DNA of 64,000 bases from Candidatus Binatia bacterium (GTDB taxonomy: Bacteria > Desulfobacterota > Binatia > UBA9968 > CAXXLF01), in contig CAXXLF010000002.1 in assembly GCA_963664015.2 (NCBI GenBank), positions 768,001 to 832,000 on the forward strand. Reading direction: 5' to 3'. Below are positions 32,530 through 42,750 of the stretch, piece after piece. Each line of letters opens with the position of its first letter. Positions within the stretch are counted from its first letter, which is position 1. The notes beneath the pieces were generated by a model. It saw only the letters and a list, made by a program, of their open reading frames with translations. It was not told the origin of the DNA and ran no database searches. A program made the translations under genes and the position numbers.

Positions 32530-32971
32530 TCAAGATTGCCCCGTCAGGACGAGCTCTGTCTGTCGTATGATCTCAGTCGCGGTAGCACGATCATGGCGAA
32601 AGAAGCCGCGCCACCGTCCGCATGCGCGTACTCTTCCGTGTGACTCGATCCAATCGAACCTCGATCAACCGGTCAGTTGCCTTCCTCTCGATGATCTCAC
32701 CGCGGGTGGTTGTCTCATCACTACCCTGAACCCGAATGCCCATGCGTTTCAGCGCCACTATAGCGGCGCGGCGTACCCTCGGGAGCGGGGCCGTCAGGGT
32801 GCGGGACGCAACGCCGCTCAGGGAATAGCCCACCGCAGTCTCTCCGGCAACCCCAACGCTCGCCCCCAGCAGGGCGATGGCAATGGCGGCGCAGCCGTTC
32901 AGGCTTAGAAGCGCTACCATAGTTACAATTAAAATAACTCTTTGGATCCAGTGATAACGTTGTCTTGGCAT
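32530..32971 (-). pseudogene. DUF3568-like lipoprotein with C-terminal frameshift
   Basis: Lipobox LNGC; likely tail GFFRHDRATATEIIRQTELVL lies in another frame after about 32605. Confidence 0.6.
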
Positions 32972-33199
32972 CGGTCAACCGATTGGCCGAGATATCCCTC
33001 AAGCTGCCCTTAGGATGCCAAATTCATGCCAACATCCGAAATCGCTAAATAACCGCTAATAAATCAATAGGGTCCAGCCCATTAGGAGACGAGTCGTCCC
33101 AGCGATAGGAAATTATGCGTATAATTGAACAGTTGACGTGGCCCCTAAATTTGGGACCACGCCAGAGATCAGGAGGAATTGGGGTTCTTCAGATTCGAG

Positions 33200-34060
33200 C
33201 TATGAGCTAAAGAAGTCCTTCATCAGTTTCCCAACTACCTGGGGCTGGTCGTTCTGCACCTGGTGACCCGCCTGGGGGATGTAATGAAACTTGATGTTCG
33301 GCAGGAGCTTCTCCAACTGATGACCGAGATCTACAGGTGCAAAGTTGTCCTGCTCACCCCAGATAAACTGGGTAGGAATAGGCAACCTGGGCAGCAGATG
33401 GTTCATTTCATACTTGAAACGTAAATTCGGGTCATTTGTGAGGCGTTGCATCCCAGCGGCAAAGCTCTTTCGGGCCTCGGCGGCGCCCGGCCGGTTGGCG
33501 GCGTTGTTACGGAGTTCAACCAGCTCATCGGTCACGATGGATTTGTTGAACACCAATACCTCCAGCATACGCCGCATGGATTCCGGGGTCCCGTCGTACG
33601 CTTGCAGCGCACGCATACCGTCCGTGGGAGGAACTTTAAGTCCCATTGCAATAGAAATAGTAGCGCTAGCCACGAGCATGAGTTTGCGGACGCGTTCAGG
33701 ATGCTGGATAGCGTATTTGGCTGCAACCCAGGCTCCCTGCGAATTGCCCGACAAAAATATCTGGTCCAGACAAAGGTTATCGATAAAGGCCTCTAACTGG
33801 TCCACCCGTGTCTGAACGCCTTCGGAAGCCGGATAATAGGGATCCGTCTCTCCAAATCCGCCAACACTGTCAGGGGCATATACCTGATAATCACCGGCCA
33901 GCTCCTCAATGAGTTTCCCAAAGCCGGCCTCACCGGAAGATCCCGCACCGCCTCCGTGGCAAAGCACGACCGGTGGACCATTATGGCCCGCCTCCGAATA
34001 ATGGGTCTTGATATGCCCTGCCATGACGTATCTGGATCGGATTCTAGAATCAGACATCAT
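33200..34060 (-). CDS. Alpha/beta hydrolase, meta-cleavage product hydrolase-like (MhpC/BphD)
   Basis: HGGGAG, GNSQG nucleophile elbow, WGEQD, AGHQVQ. Confidence 0.82.
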   Translation of the reverse strand: MMSDSRIRSRYVMAGHIKTHYSEAGHNGPPVVLCHGGGAGSSGEAGFGKLIEELAGDYQVYAPDSVGGFGETDPYYPASEGVQTRVDQLEAFIDNLCLDQIFLSGNSQGAWVAAKYAIQHPERVRKLMLVASATISIAMGLKVPPTDGMRALQAYDGTPESMRRMLEVLVFNKSIVTDELVELRNNAANRPGAAEARKSFAAGMQRLTNDPNLRFKYEMNHLLPRLPIPTQFIWGEQDNFAPVDLGHQLEKLLPNIKFHYIPQAGHQVQNDQPQVVGKLMKDFFSS

Positions 34061-34527
34061 TTACCCCCTATTTCACCGTAGATATCAGTCAACAAGATTG
34101 CTTGTCTTCATGGTGTAAAAACAAGCTCTACATACTAATGGCAAATGCCCGCATGAGCGAATGGCTTCAAAGGCCAGACTGAATCTCTAATAAAGTCGGA
34201 AATCGATGTCAATAGGGACAGCGTTGGGTGTCCGATTACGAGTGGAATGGAACTAAATGTGCCGGTGCCCTTAGTCATACCATTGGCCGATAACCGTTCC
34301 CCTCTCGGGGAAAGCAGGATCATCGATGGTGGTCTGTCATCAGGTAGTTCGTCCCCGGTTTTGGCACGATGTTTTCCCCATCCATAATGTAATCTTTTGG
34401 AATGTCTACCCGTAGAGAATATGCATCCACGTGTCTCTGCCAAGCGGCTTGCCCCTTACGGAATACAATATCTTAGCTGCGCCTAACACCAAGACGAATC
34501 CTCCAAAATTACTTATCGCTCATCGGT

Positions 34528-35730
34528 TTACTTATTGTGCCAGTCCGACGGCCAGGCGCTGTGTCCTTCAGGCCGTAACTTCAGCCATACTTTTTTCCCC
34601 TCGTCCACGGGTTCGTGACGCTCTCCGTAGATCATGATGATCCCCTGCCCGTCGACCTCAACCTGGTACTCGATTCGTTCGCCGATAAACAGCGCAGCTA
34701 GCACCTTTCCTCCGATCATCCCCGAGGGCGCCTCAGACGCCGCGGCAGGGAGGATCTCTGTATCTTCGGGTCGGACCGCCATAAAAACGGACTCGCCGGC
34801 CTGAAGCCCACCGGGATTGTAATTGCGCCCAAAGACAACGCAGTCCGGCGCACCGTCGACAGCGATGGCCATTTGCCCCGAGGGGTTGCTGCTCTGTACT
34901 TTACCCTGGAACAACAGGGTCCGGCCGACAAAGTCCCGCACGAATTCGTTGGCGGGCTCTTCGTAGAGCATACGTGGATTACCCTGCTGCTGCACGACAC
35001 CGAAATTCATCAGCGCAATGCGATTGGACATACTGAGCGCCTCGATCTGGTCGTGGGTGACAAACAGCACAGCAATGTTGAGCCGTTTTTGCAGAAGCTT
35101 CACCTCTAGGCGCATCTGCTCGCGGAGCTTGGCATCCAGGTTGCTAAAGGGTTCATCCAGCAGCAACACCCGAGGCTCGGTCACCAGCGCCCGTGCCAGG
35201 GCCACCCGCTGTTGCTGCCCGCCGCTCAGCAGCGGTCCCGGGCGTTTCTCAAATCCCTCCATACCGACCAGCTCCAGGACCCGGGCCACGCGATCACCGA
35301 TTTCCCGCCGCGGAAATTTACGTGACTTGAGCGGGAACATGACGTTTTCCTCGACTGACATGTGGGGCCAAATGGCATAGGATTGGAACACCATTCCCAC
35401 GTTCCGCTTGTCTGGTGGGAGGCATGTTCGGTCCGAGGTCATGACGACAACACGGTCGCCAAAAAAGATATTGCCCGCATCGGGGATCTCGAGGCCCGCC
35501 ACCATACGCAGCGTAGTACTCTTACCGCACCCGCTTGGACCCAGCAACGTCATAACCTCGCCGTCATAAACATCCAGAGAGAGGTCCTGTACCGCCGCCT
35601 GGGATGCCCCGGGATAGGTCTTCCATAGCCCCTCCAGTCGCACGGCAATCCCGGCCTCACCACGGTCTTCCAGTCCTCCGCCGGGGGTTGCCGACACAGG
35701 CACTTCAGGTGTTGAGAAATTCTTTGACAT
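34528..35730 (-). CDS. ABC importer ATPase (FbpC/PotA type) with TOBE domain; no permease adjacent
   Basis: GPSGCGKS, LSGGQQQRVALARAL, LLDEPFSNLD, VTHDQ. Confidence 0.92.
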   Translation of the reverse strand: MSKNFSTPEVPVSATPGGGLEDRGEAGIAVRLEGLWKTYPGASQAAVQDLSLDVYDGEVMTLLGPSGCGKSTTLRMVAGLEIPDAGNIFFGDRVVVMTSDRTCLPPDKRNVGMVFQSYAIWPHMSVEENVMFPLKSRKFPRREIGDRVARVLELVGMEGFEKRPGPLLSGGQQQRVALARALVTEPRVLLLDEPFSNLDAKLREQMRLEVKLLQKRLNIAVLFVTHDQIEALSMSNRIALMNFGVVQQQGNPRMLYEEPANEFVRDFVGRTLLFQGKVQSSNPSGQMAIAVDGAPDCVVFGRNYNPGGLQAGESVFMAVRPEDTEILPAAASEAPSGMIGGKVLAALFIGERIEYQVEVDGQGIIMIYGERHEPVDEGKKVWLKLRPEGHSAWPSDWHNK

Positions 35731-35796
35731 GATGTTATTTGTCTCCTTGCTTGGTTTCGATAGATCCCCGCGACGGACCCTCCCGTGCGGCCGTAC

Positions 35797-35928
35797 TCAC
35801 CCGGCGCCCGCTGTGCCTGTAATCAGCAGGACCAACAGCCCGCTAAAAACAAACACCATCAGGTTTAAGATAATCCCCATGACCTTCAATTGCGCTAACG
35901 TGATTGAACCATATATATTCCTAAGCAT
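35797..35928 (-). pseudogene. 43-aa signal-peptide-like ORF, possibly the remnant of a substrate-binding protein gene
   Basis: MLRNIYGSITLAQLKVMGIILNLMVFVFSGLLVLLITGTAGAG* directly upstream of the ABC ATPase. Confidence 0.4.
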
Positions 35929-36204
35929 CTTGTATTCCCCCTATCAATTCTTTAATTATGTCCGCTCCTTATGAGAGAACTAGAAAGGAATGAAGCCTCC
36001 ATAAGTATTTACTCTCTTGGTCTTCTCCGAAAGCAGTTAAAAACAAAAACGCCAGCTCACCCCGGCGAATGTTTACAAAGGATAGCTGGTTTAAATTCCT
36101 CTTATGTATATCCCTCCAATACTCATGGGGGGCTCCATTAGGCCTCTAATTGATGCAAGGGCCTTACCAGCGCTGGCTGAGGCGCCTAAGGTTGGTTGTG
36201 TGGA

Positions 36205-36282
36205 CACATATCATATAGGGAGTAGGTGTCAACTCCGCCGGGTGGGTGAAAATCTTGACTTCCCCAGAACTTCATATTACTA
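36205..36282. promoter_or_regulatory. Divergent sigma70-like promoters
   Basis: Minus strand TTGACA...TGaTATGT; plus strand TTGACT-N17-TACTAA. Confidence 0.45.
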
Positions 36283-36310
36283 AAGACAATGAAAGGGAGG
36301 TGTCCGTAAA

Positions 36311-37135
36311 ATGGCACTCCAGGAAACAAATCAAGAAAAACGATTGAGCCGGGAAGAGTGTTGGGAACTGGTTAACGAGTCTGTCAATGCGGCATTGAAG
36401 CAAGCCTTTGAACAGATCTTTACCCACCCTTTCACCCAGGAACTCAAGGATGGAACATTACCGATGGAGTGCATCCGGGGCTGGCTCCTGAACACGTATG
36501 CCTGGTCCCTTGAAATTAATATGTCGCTTCCCTACCGGTACTACCTCTTCAATCACATGCTCAATCAGAGACCAGACCTCCTGGAGCTCCTGGCAGACCG
36601 CTATGCGGACGAGTTCGTCACCCCCGTTCGAGGCGGGCATCAACGCACGCTGGACGCCTTCGGTCAGGCCATCGGCCTGGACAGAAAAACACTCCACGAA
36701 TACAAGCCCCTGGCGGCCATGAGAAGCATGCTGGATTCCACCGTCTGGGCGCTGGAAGTCAACTTGGATTTCGGCATTGGAAACACCACCGAGGAATGGT
36801 TCGGCAAGTGGTGTTGGATCTGGTACCAGAGTTTGACCAAGAACTATGGCCTCAGCGACAATGGTGCCTACTACTTCCGGCTCCATTCTGAAGCCGACAA
36901 CTTCGGTGAGCACGAGGGCGGAGAAGTGATCGGTCACGAGGTCATGGGTCATGCGGAGGGGAATCGGTATATCACCGTGCGCATGATCGAGGACGGTTTC
37001 GTAAAACCGGACGAGATCAAAGGGCTCGTCTTGCGTTCCAGCAGCGTAGAGCGTTACCTGAGTTTTCTCGATGCCGTCTATTACACCTACCATCCGGCCA
37101 AAAAGGTCGGCGAGGTTGAACAGCTCCTTCGTTAG
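36311..37135 (+). CDS. Heme-oxygenase-like (TenA/PqqC/CADD) helical protein, probable diiron oxidase
   Basis: HPFTQELKDG, DEF...GGH, YFRLHSEAD...HAE. Confidence 0.7.
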   Translation: MALQETNQEKRLSREECWELVNESVNAALKQAFEQIFTHPFTQELKDGTLPMECIRGWLLNTYAWSLEINMSLPYRYYLFNHMLNQRPDLLELLADRYADEFVTPVRGGHQRTLDAFGQAIGLDRKTLHEYKPLAAMRSMLDSTVWALEVNLDFGIGNTTEEWFGKWCWIWYQSLTKNYGLSDNGAYYFRLHSEADNFGEHEGGEVIGHEVMGHAEGNRYITVRMIEDGFVKPDEIKGLVLRSSSVERYLSFLDAVYYTYHPAKKVGEVEQLLR

Positions 37136-37254
37136 ATCCGATCGTTTTTAGTCGCCCCTTGACATACCGCTTTGGCCGGAGCTAGCTTCGCGCTTCAGCT
37201 TTTATCGGGTTTCTGACTAAAAGTTCTTATTCCAATTACGACCAGGAGGCCGCC

Positions 37255-37788
37255 ATGGAGGCTAAAGGTATCATTTCCGACGCGTTCGGTAGGATCAGTG
37301 AATCTCTTCACAAGGCATTATCCGACCTCAACGTGAAAGAACTCCACCGGGAACCGAACCCGCCCATCGGTTGGCTGGCCTGGCGCTTGACCCGGTCTGA
37401 CGACAGCCAGCTCTCGCGTTTGGCAGGGCTAGAGCAGACCTGGATAGCGGAAGGCTGGCACTCCCGCTTTAACTTACCGCCAAATCCTTCCGATTTCGGC
37501 CCCGGTCTCTCCCACACTCGCGAGCAGGTCGCTGCCTTTCGGGCTCCCGATGCCAAAACCCTGTTGGATTACTATGACAGGGTCATGGAGCGGTGTCGGC
37601 CCTACCTGGAGGCCCTGACGCCTCAAGAACTTGACCGCGTACTCAACGAGCCCCGTTTCCAGCCACTACCATCCGTCGCGATCCGCCTCGTGAGCATCCT
37701 GCATTCGGACACGCAAATCAGTGGGCAGATCGGCTATCTACGCAGCTTGCACCGTATTGGTGGTTGGTTTCCTAGAGAAGGCGCCTGA
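37255..37788 (+). CDS. DinB/YfiT-family protein
   Basis: PIGWLAWRL, W...GW..RF.LP, GQIGYLR. Confidence 0.75.
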   Translation: MEAKGIISDAFGRISESLHKALSDLNVKELHREPNPPIGWLAWRLTRSDDSQLSRLAGLEQTWIAEGWHSRFNLPPNPSDFGPGLSHTREQVAAFRAPDAKTLLDYYDRVMERCRPYLEALTPQELDRVLNEPRFQPLPSVAIRLVSILHSDTQISGQIGYLRSLHRIGGWFPREGA

Positions 37789-37843
37789 GCTGGAGTCCCC
37801 CAAGTAAAAAGAATCTCTGTTACGGAATCCTGAAAAATCCCCA

Positions 37844-37910
37844 GGGCCACGCTTCTAAAATAATGTGGCCCCTTTTCTGCTGGCTCTCTTTCGTTGACGT
37901 CTTTAAAACT
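37844..37910. mobile_element. att-like junction A (most degenerate)
   Basis: Hairpin GGGCCACGCTTCTAAAATAATGTGGCCC, then TGGCTCTCTTTCGTTGACGTCTTTAAAACT at 37881. Confidence 0.6.
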
Positions 37911-38302
37911 CTCCTGCTGAGGCCACCTCCGGGAATTTGTCAATCCGGATTCGCCCCGGAGCGGCTCTGGGATTGGCTTTGCTCGGTGTTTTGCTACCAG
38001 GACTCAATGAATGAGCTATTTAAACGCGGCTTGCGGGCCGTTAGAAAGAAAACGGCGGCCCGTTGTGGACCGCCGCATGATGAACAACCAATATACGCAA
38101 CTAGGTACAACAACAGCTTGGATAGGTTCGCAGAGAATACTCTAAGTGGCTACCCAAGCGGTTTTTTGTCACACGTGTCACCTTTTCCGTATCCATCAGA
38201 GTCCTTCGGAGTTTGAAGACCAATAACGCGTAGAACGTTTTTCCCTTCGACTGGGAAGGCTTCCATGGTTTCAGCTTGAACGAAGATGGACGATTCTGCA
38301 AT

Positions 38303-38535
38303 TCAGAAGGCCGTGAGACCGAGCCAGCCTCCCCAAGCGATGAGTAGTAGGCCAGTTCCTCTTCCGAACGCGACACCTGCGGGCATCATTTTTTCTGCGA
38401 GAACGAACAACGCGAGGCCAATGATCCAAATCAGGTTCATTACGCCCCCATAGAACATGAGGGCCATTAGAAACCAACAACAGCCCAAGCAGAATACGCC
38501 GTGCTCAATGCCCATCCTGAACGCCTCCCCGACAC
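38303..38535 (-). pseudogene. DUF2182-like membrane protein, C-terminal fragment
   Basis: GIEHGVFCLGCCWFLMALMFYGGVMNLIW...AEK. Confidence 0.75.
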
Positions 38536-39070
38536 CAGGGCGCCTGGTCCGGAATCTAGCCCAATGAAATTCTATTACGACAACCCCAAACTCGGCCCGG
38601 ATTTCTTAAAGCGCCTCTTTGGCGAAACGGATATGACCTTTTACCGGGATTTTCGTAGCGGGACGGACTGGCTGTCCCGAGGTAGGATTGCCGTATGCTT
38701 TTTGCAGTGGTATAAGCAGAGCCAGGAGCCAGGGGCTTCCAGTGGACCAGTTTGGAACCATGAAAGAAGGTGCGGCCCTTGTTTCCTTTCATGGTAGTTT
38801 AGCCCTCGTAAATAAAGCTCCCCACCCAAACGCGGCCAAGGTCTTCATCAACTGTTTTCTCTCCCGGGAGGGGGCAGATTGCCCTGCAGAAGGCGTTAGC
38901 TAATTTAGGGGATGACCCTCCGAATTCCCTACGCATCGAAATCCCAAAGGACTCTGGTCCACTCATAAGGCGCAGGATGAAGCGGGGAACGTATATAGAT
39001 CTGGAATCCGGCGGAGGAGTCGATAACAAGCCTCCCTTGAGGATCTTAAATGATATCCTGGTAAAGATGA
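38530..39070 (+). pseudogene. ABC substrate-binding protein, frameshifted C-terminal fragment
   Basis: KLGPDFLKRLF...DWLSRG; ALVNKAPHPNAAKVFIN.FLSREG; NSLRIEIPKD. Confidence 0.7.
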
Positions 39071-39208
39071 ATAAGAGATAACGGTCCGGTCGAATTTGTC
39101 AGCCACGTATCAACGGAGATGGAGTAACACCGGTCGGCGACAAACATCCTAAGGGTGGACAAGCGAGACCTCGGGTAATCCCGATACCTCGAAGTGGAGG
39201 GGAAGCAT

Positions 39209-40381
39209 ATGGAGCGTAAAAATTCCGAAGGAACCCAGGCACAGTTTAAATACCAACAGTTCATAGAAGGCGAGGGCATACCCATTCATAGGGGGATCTC
39301 GGGGGTCGATGACGTTACCGCACTTCCGCGCCGACCCTGGGCTCGAACAGGCGGCCTGGGAACCTTCATCGAACTGACGAGCACCTTCCAATCGGAGCGC
39401 GGCATGTTCGTGTGTGAGATTCCCGGCGGCAAAACACTGGAAGTTCAGCACCACCTTTACGAACAATTGACGCTCATCCTGGAGGGTCGAGGAGCCACCG
39501 AGATCTGGCAAGAGAATGGGCCCAAGCAAATGTTCGAGTGGGGGCCAGGAAGCCTTTTCGCTCCACCGAAAAACACCTACTACCGGCTACACAACGGTGG
39601 ACCGGAACCCGTGGTTTTTTTCGCGATCACCACCGCACCGAGGATCATAAACGGTTTAAACGAGGTCGATTTCGTCTTCAACTGCAAGCATAACTTCACA
39701 GATCTTTACAATGGCCAGGAGGATTATTTCAACCAGACGCAAGATCGCGTTACAGGAGGACGTTACAATACCACCACCTGGTACACGAATTTCATTAGTG
39801 ATGTGAATCGGGAGAACGTAGACGCCCACGAGCAAAAGGTGGCAGGCGGTCAGCTTACAGGCTACCGGATGGCCGGACAGTTCCCAACGGGCCATATTTC
39901 CGAATGGCCGATGGGCAGATACCACAAGGCCCATTACCACCGCCCCGGCGCCGTCCTCGTGGGCCTTAAAGGTAAAGGCTACGTCAACCTGTGGCCCAAG
40001 GAGTTGGGAATCCACCCATGGCAGGACGGACACGGGGACAAGGTCGTCCTGGTCCAATGGGGAGCGAACAGCATTTACAGCCCTCCGGACGGCTGGTTCC
40101 ACCAGCACATGAGCACGGGCAAGGTGCCCGCGCGCCATGTGGCATGCTACGGCGGGACCAACCCGCTTGCATGGACTCGGGATCCAGATGGAAGCAACGT
40201 GATGATTCCTGTGCGCGAGGGAGGGCAGCTTATTGACTATGAAGACGAGGATCCGGAGGTCCGGCGGTACTTTACCGATGCCAACGGGAGAGAAGGCGTG
40301 AAATGCGCGATGCCACAGGTCAAGTTCCGTACCGATCCACTTCCTCCTGTAGCCCTCGCCAGACTCGGGATTCGGGGGTAG
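39209..40381 (+). CDS. Bicupin protein, paralogue of 764..1804
   Basis: FIEGEGIPIH, CEIP, QHHLYE, FEW, YHKAHYHRPGA, WFHQHM. Confidence 0.75.
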   Translation: MERKNSEGTQAQFKYQQFIEGEGIPIHRGISGVDDVTALPRRPWARTGGLGTFIELTSTFQSERGMFVCEIPGGKTLEVQHHLYEQLTLILEGRGATEIWQENGPKQMFEWGPGSLFAPPKNTYYRLHNGGPEPVVFFAITTAPRIINGLNEVDFVFNCKHNFTDLYNGQEDYFNQTQDRVTGGRYNTTTWYTNFISDVNRENVDAHEQKVAGGQLTGYRMAGQFPTGHISEWPMGRYHKAHYHRPGAVLVGLKGKGYVNLWPKELGIHPWQDGHGDKVVLVQWGANSIYSPPDGWFHQHMSTGKVPARHVACYGGTNPLAWTRDPDGSNVMIPVREGGQLIDYEDEDPEVRRYFTDANGREGVKCAMPQVKFRTDPLPPVALARLGIRG

Positions 40382-40567
40382 GTTCTCCGCTCACATGGAT
40401 AATTTCTTGGACTTCCTGTTGACCCTATCAAGGGAAACCACATGGGCGCGATCTTAGGAATCGGATGCAACCACACGCTGCAACAGGCCTCGGGCATGGA
40501 TCGTTCGAGATATTTGCTTATCCGTCCTCGTCTTTAGAAATAACTCCGCCCGAATGCCTCGTTTTTA

Positions 40568-41710
40568 TCACAATGGGGTTCTGGACCCGGGGAAGGTGAT
40601 AATTTGGTTTTTTTCCGGATCGCGGACAAGAGCCATAGGCTCGCCTCCTCGCTCGACAATCTCGATCTGCTCGCGAAGGAGCTTTCGATACATCGTGATT
40701 CCCTCGTCCGTTGCACCTAGATTCTCCTTGCTCCGATCGAAGATACTTCCCTGAGTTTCCCAGGCCATGAAGTCCTGAGCGTGGAACAAGGTCATATCGT
40801 ACTCGCCTTCCGGAGTCCTCAGGTCCCAACGGATGACACGCGGCTCTTCGGGTTGTTCCACAACCCGACCGTCTTTGGAGGGTTTGAACACCATGAGATA
40901 GATCTGGGTATGGGTGTCGTCAATCGGTATACGCCAGTGCAGTGCCTCGGAAGGTCCCTTTGGAATCCGGAGGATATTAGGGAAAACAAGAGGTGGACGT
41001 ATTTCAATCTCCGGCTTGTCTCCGCCATACCTGCAGCTTTTCGTGATCCCCCATTCACAGTGTTCCCAGTCGTATTCCTCTATGGGCCGGTAGTAATACT
41101 CTCCTCCACTAAGACCTTTTTCGTGAAAGGTATGGCCGTGAAGGTAGTAAGTATGAATCGTGTCCACCGAATTCTCCATGGCCTGCAGCCAGTTGCAGTT
41201 GAGCACCGGGTCCACTTCGATCAAACGCGTTCCATCTGTCCTGGCGATCACATCCCAACGGGGTAGCAGCGGTTTTTTCTCAGGGGGCCCCATGTAGACA
41301 AAGATCATTCCGCACAGGCTCTCCAACGGATAGCTTGGATGACATATCTTGTGTTTGAATTCCGGATTGTTCTCGAAGGGCTGCTCGATACATTTCCCTT
41401 GAGCATCGTATTTCCAACCATGGTAAGGACATCGAATCCCGTCATCTTCCACGAAACCATAGTATAAGGATGTCCCCCTGTGAGAGCAGTGTTCGGCAAC
41501 GCAACCGTACTGAACCGCCTTCTCACCATTCTCTGTCGGGAGGCGAAAGACGACCAGTTCTTCACCCATGATCTGAACACGTTTCTTGGGGTTCTCCTTG
41601 GTAAGATCACTGACCAGGCAGATCGGATGCCAATAACGGCGCAATAATCTACCGCTAGGTGTATCAGGACCAATGCGGGTCAACATTTCATTCACTTCTT
41701 GATTAAGCAT
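40568..41710 (-). CDS. Rieske non-heme iron oxygenase alpha subunit (intact)
   Basis: CSHRG...CPYHGW Rieske motif; NWLQAMENSVDTIHTYYLH; QDFMAWETQG. Confidence 0.92.
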   Translation of the reverse strand: MLNQEVNEMLTRIGPDTPSGRLLRRYWHPICLVSDLTKENPKKRVQIMGEELVVFRLPTENGEKAVQYGCVAEHCSHRGTSLYYGFVEDDGIRCPYHGWKYDAQGKCIEQPFENNPEFKHKICHPSYPLESLCGMIFVYMGPPEKKPLLPRWDVIARTDGTRLIEVDPVLNCNWLQAMENSVDTIHTYYLHGHTFHEKGLSGGEYYYRPIEEYDWEHCEWGITKSCRYGGDKPEIEIRPPLVFPNILRIPKGPSEALHWRIPIDDTHTQIYLMVFKPSKDGRVVEQPEEPRVIRWDLRTPEGEYDMTLFHAQDFMAWETQGSIFDRSKENLGATDEGITMYRKLLREQIEIVERGGEPMALVRDPEKNQIITFPGSRTPL

Positions 41711-42032
41711 GCCTCACCCTCCTCTCGTGCAAAACGCTTCTCTCATCACGTTTATATAAAAGACGCGATATTATACCAGCAGTAGAACAATGCCATAAAC
41801 CGGCGGGGATTTTCCCACTGTGCCAAGTGTTTGTCAAGCATCCCATTGATTGGGTGTGAGGCTGTGAACATTTGATAAATGCAACGACTCTAAAGTATCA
41901 GAGGAGACCATAGGCTGAAGGCCGCGTGTCCATTTTCCCAGCGCGCTTCCTCATGTCATCAGTCGAGGAAATCAAGGACAGCCATATATAGAGATAAGGG
42001 CAACTACCGTCAGTAGGCTTAGGCTTTTCAAT

Positions 42033-42362
42033 CTAAACAAAATCGACTTCGTTTTCAGCCAGTGTTTTATCTCGCCTCAATTTACGAAACTTTGCATCAC
42101 TCTGGCGCCATTCGTCATCACTCGCACGTAGCTCGGCCAACGCTTCATCGGGCTGGCGCTTCGTGCCACCATCATTCGGGCGCTCTTTACCATCATTCGG
42201 ACGTACCTCAGTCGACACCTTATCGAGCTGGCGCTTCGTGTTGGACTTACTCGCGGTGCTCTGGGTAGTCGGGGCACTCGGGGAGGTCGCGCTGGTAGAG
42301 CAAGCGACAGCCCCGATTAATAGGCCGAAAAGCACTAAAACATCAAGATTACGCATGATCAC
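42033..42362 (-). CDS. Hypothetical lipoprotein with short internal repeats
   Basis: Lipobox AVAC; TKRQ twice, RPNDG twice. Confidence 0.5.
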   Translation of the reverse strand: MIMRNLDVLVLFGLLIGAVACSTSATSPSAPTTQSTASKSNTKRQLDKVSTEVRPNDGKERPNDGGTKRQPDEALAELRASDDEWRQSDAKFRKLRRDKTLAENEVDFV

Positions 42363-42680
42363 TCAGGTCCAATGATAGATAGACCCTAAGGAGAAATCAA
42401 TTGTGATCCATGCCCTACCTTGTAAGTAAACGATATCGGAACCGAGGGTTTTATGTCAATCCGAGTTGGGATTTCGTGAAACCTGAACAATCCCCTGTAA
42501 GACAATAGGTTATAGGTAACAAGAGGGGATTCCATTTGGCCTAAAAGACGGAGAATTGACATGTTTTTGATGGGATTACTGGTAGTGTTGAGCATGTTCT
42601 TCGCCCCGGAGGCAATCCGTAAGAATCACCATCAAAACTTTCACAATTACAGTAAATGTGGATGAAATACTGCGGCAGAT

Positions 42681-42750
42681 AAAAGGCCGTGCTTCAAAAG
42701 AAACACGGCCTTTTTAGAACTGGCTCCCCTTCGTGGACGCATTTCGAACC
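42681..42750. mobile_element. att-like junction B
   Basis: AAAAGGCCGTGCTTCAAAAGAAACACGGCCTTTT, then TGGCTCCCCTTCGTGGACGCATTTCGAACC; the 9-bp core equals the tRNA-Asn 3' end. Confidence 0.75.

Noticed and set aside
33135-33162. CGTGGCCCC...GGGACCACG hairpin as a fifth att junction
   Set aside because: No TGGCTCCCC core or shared arm follows; it is probably a terminator for the hydrolase gene.
42721-42750. Second tRNA gene
   Set aside because: Only the 3' acceptor end and a GTTCGA-like remnant match; there is no cloverleaf.
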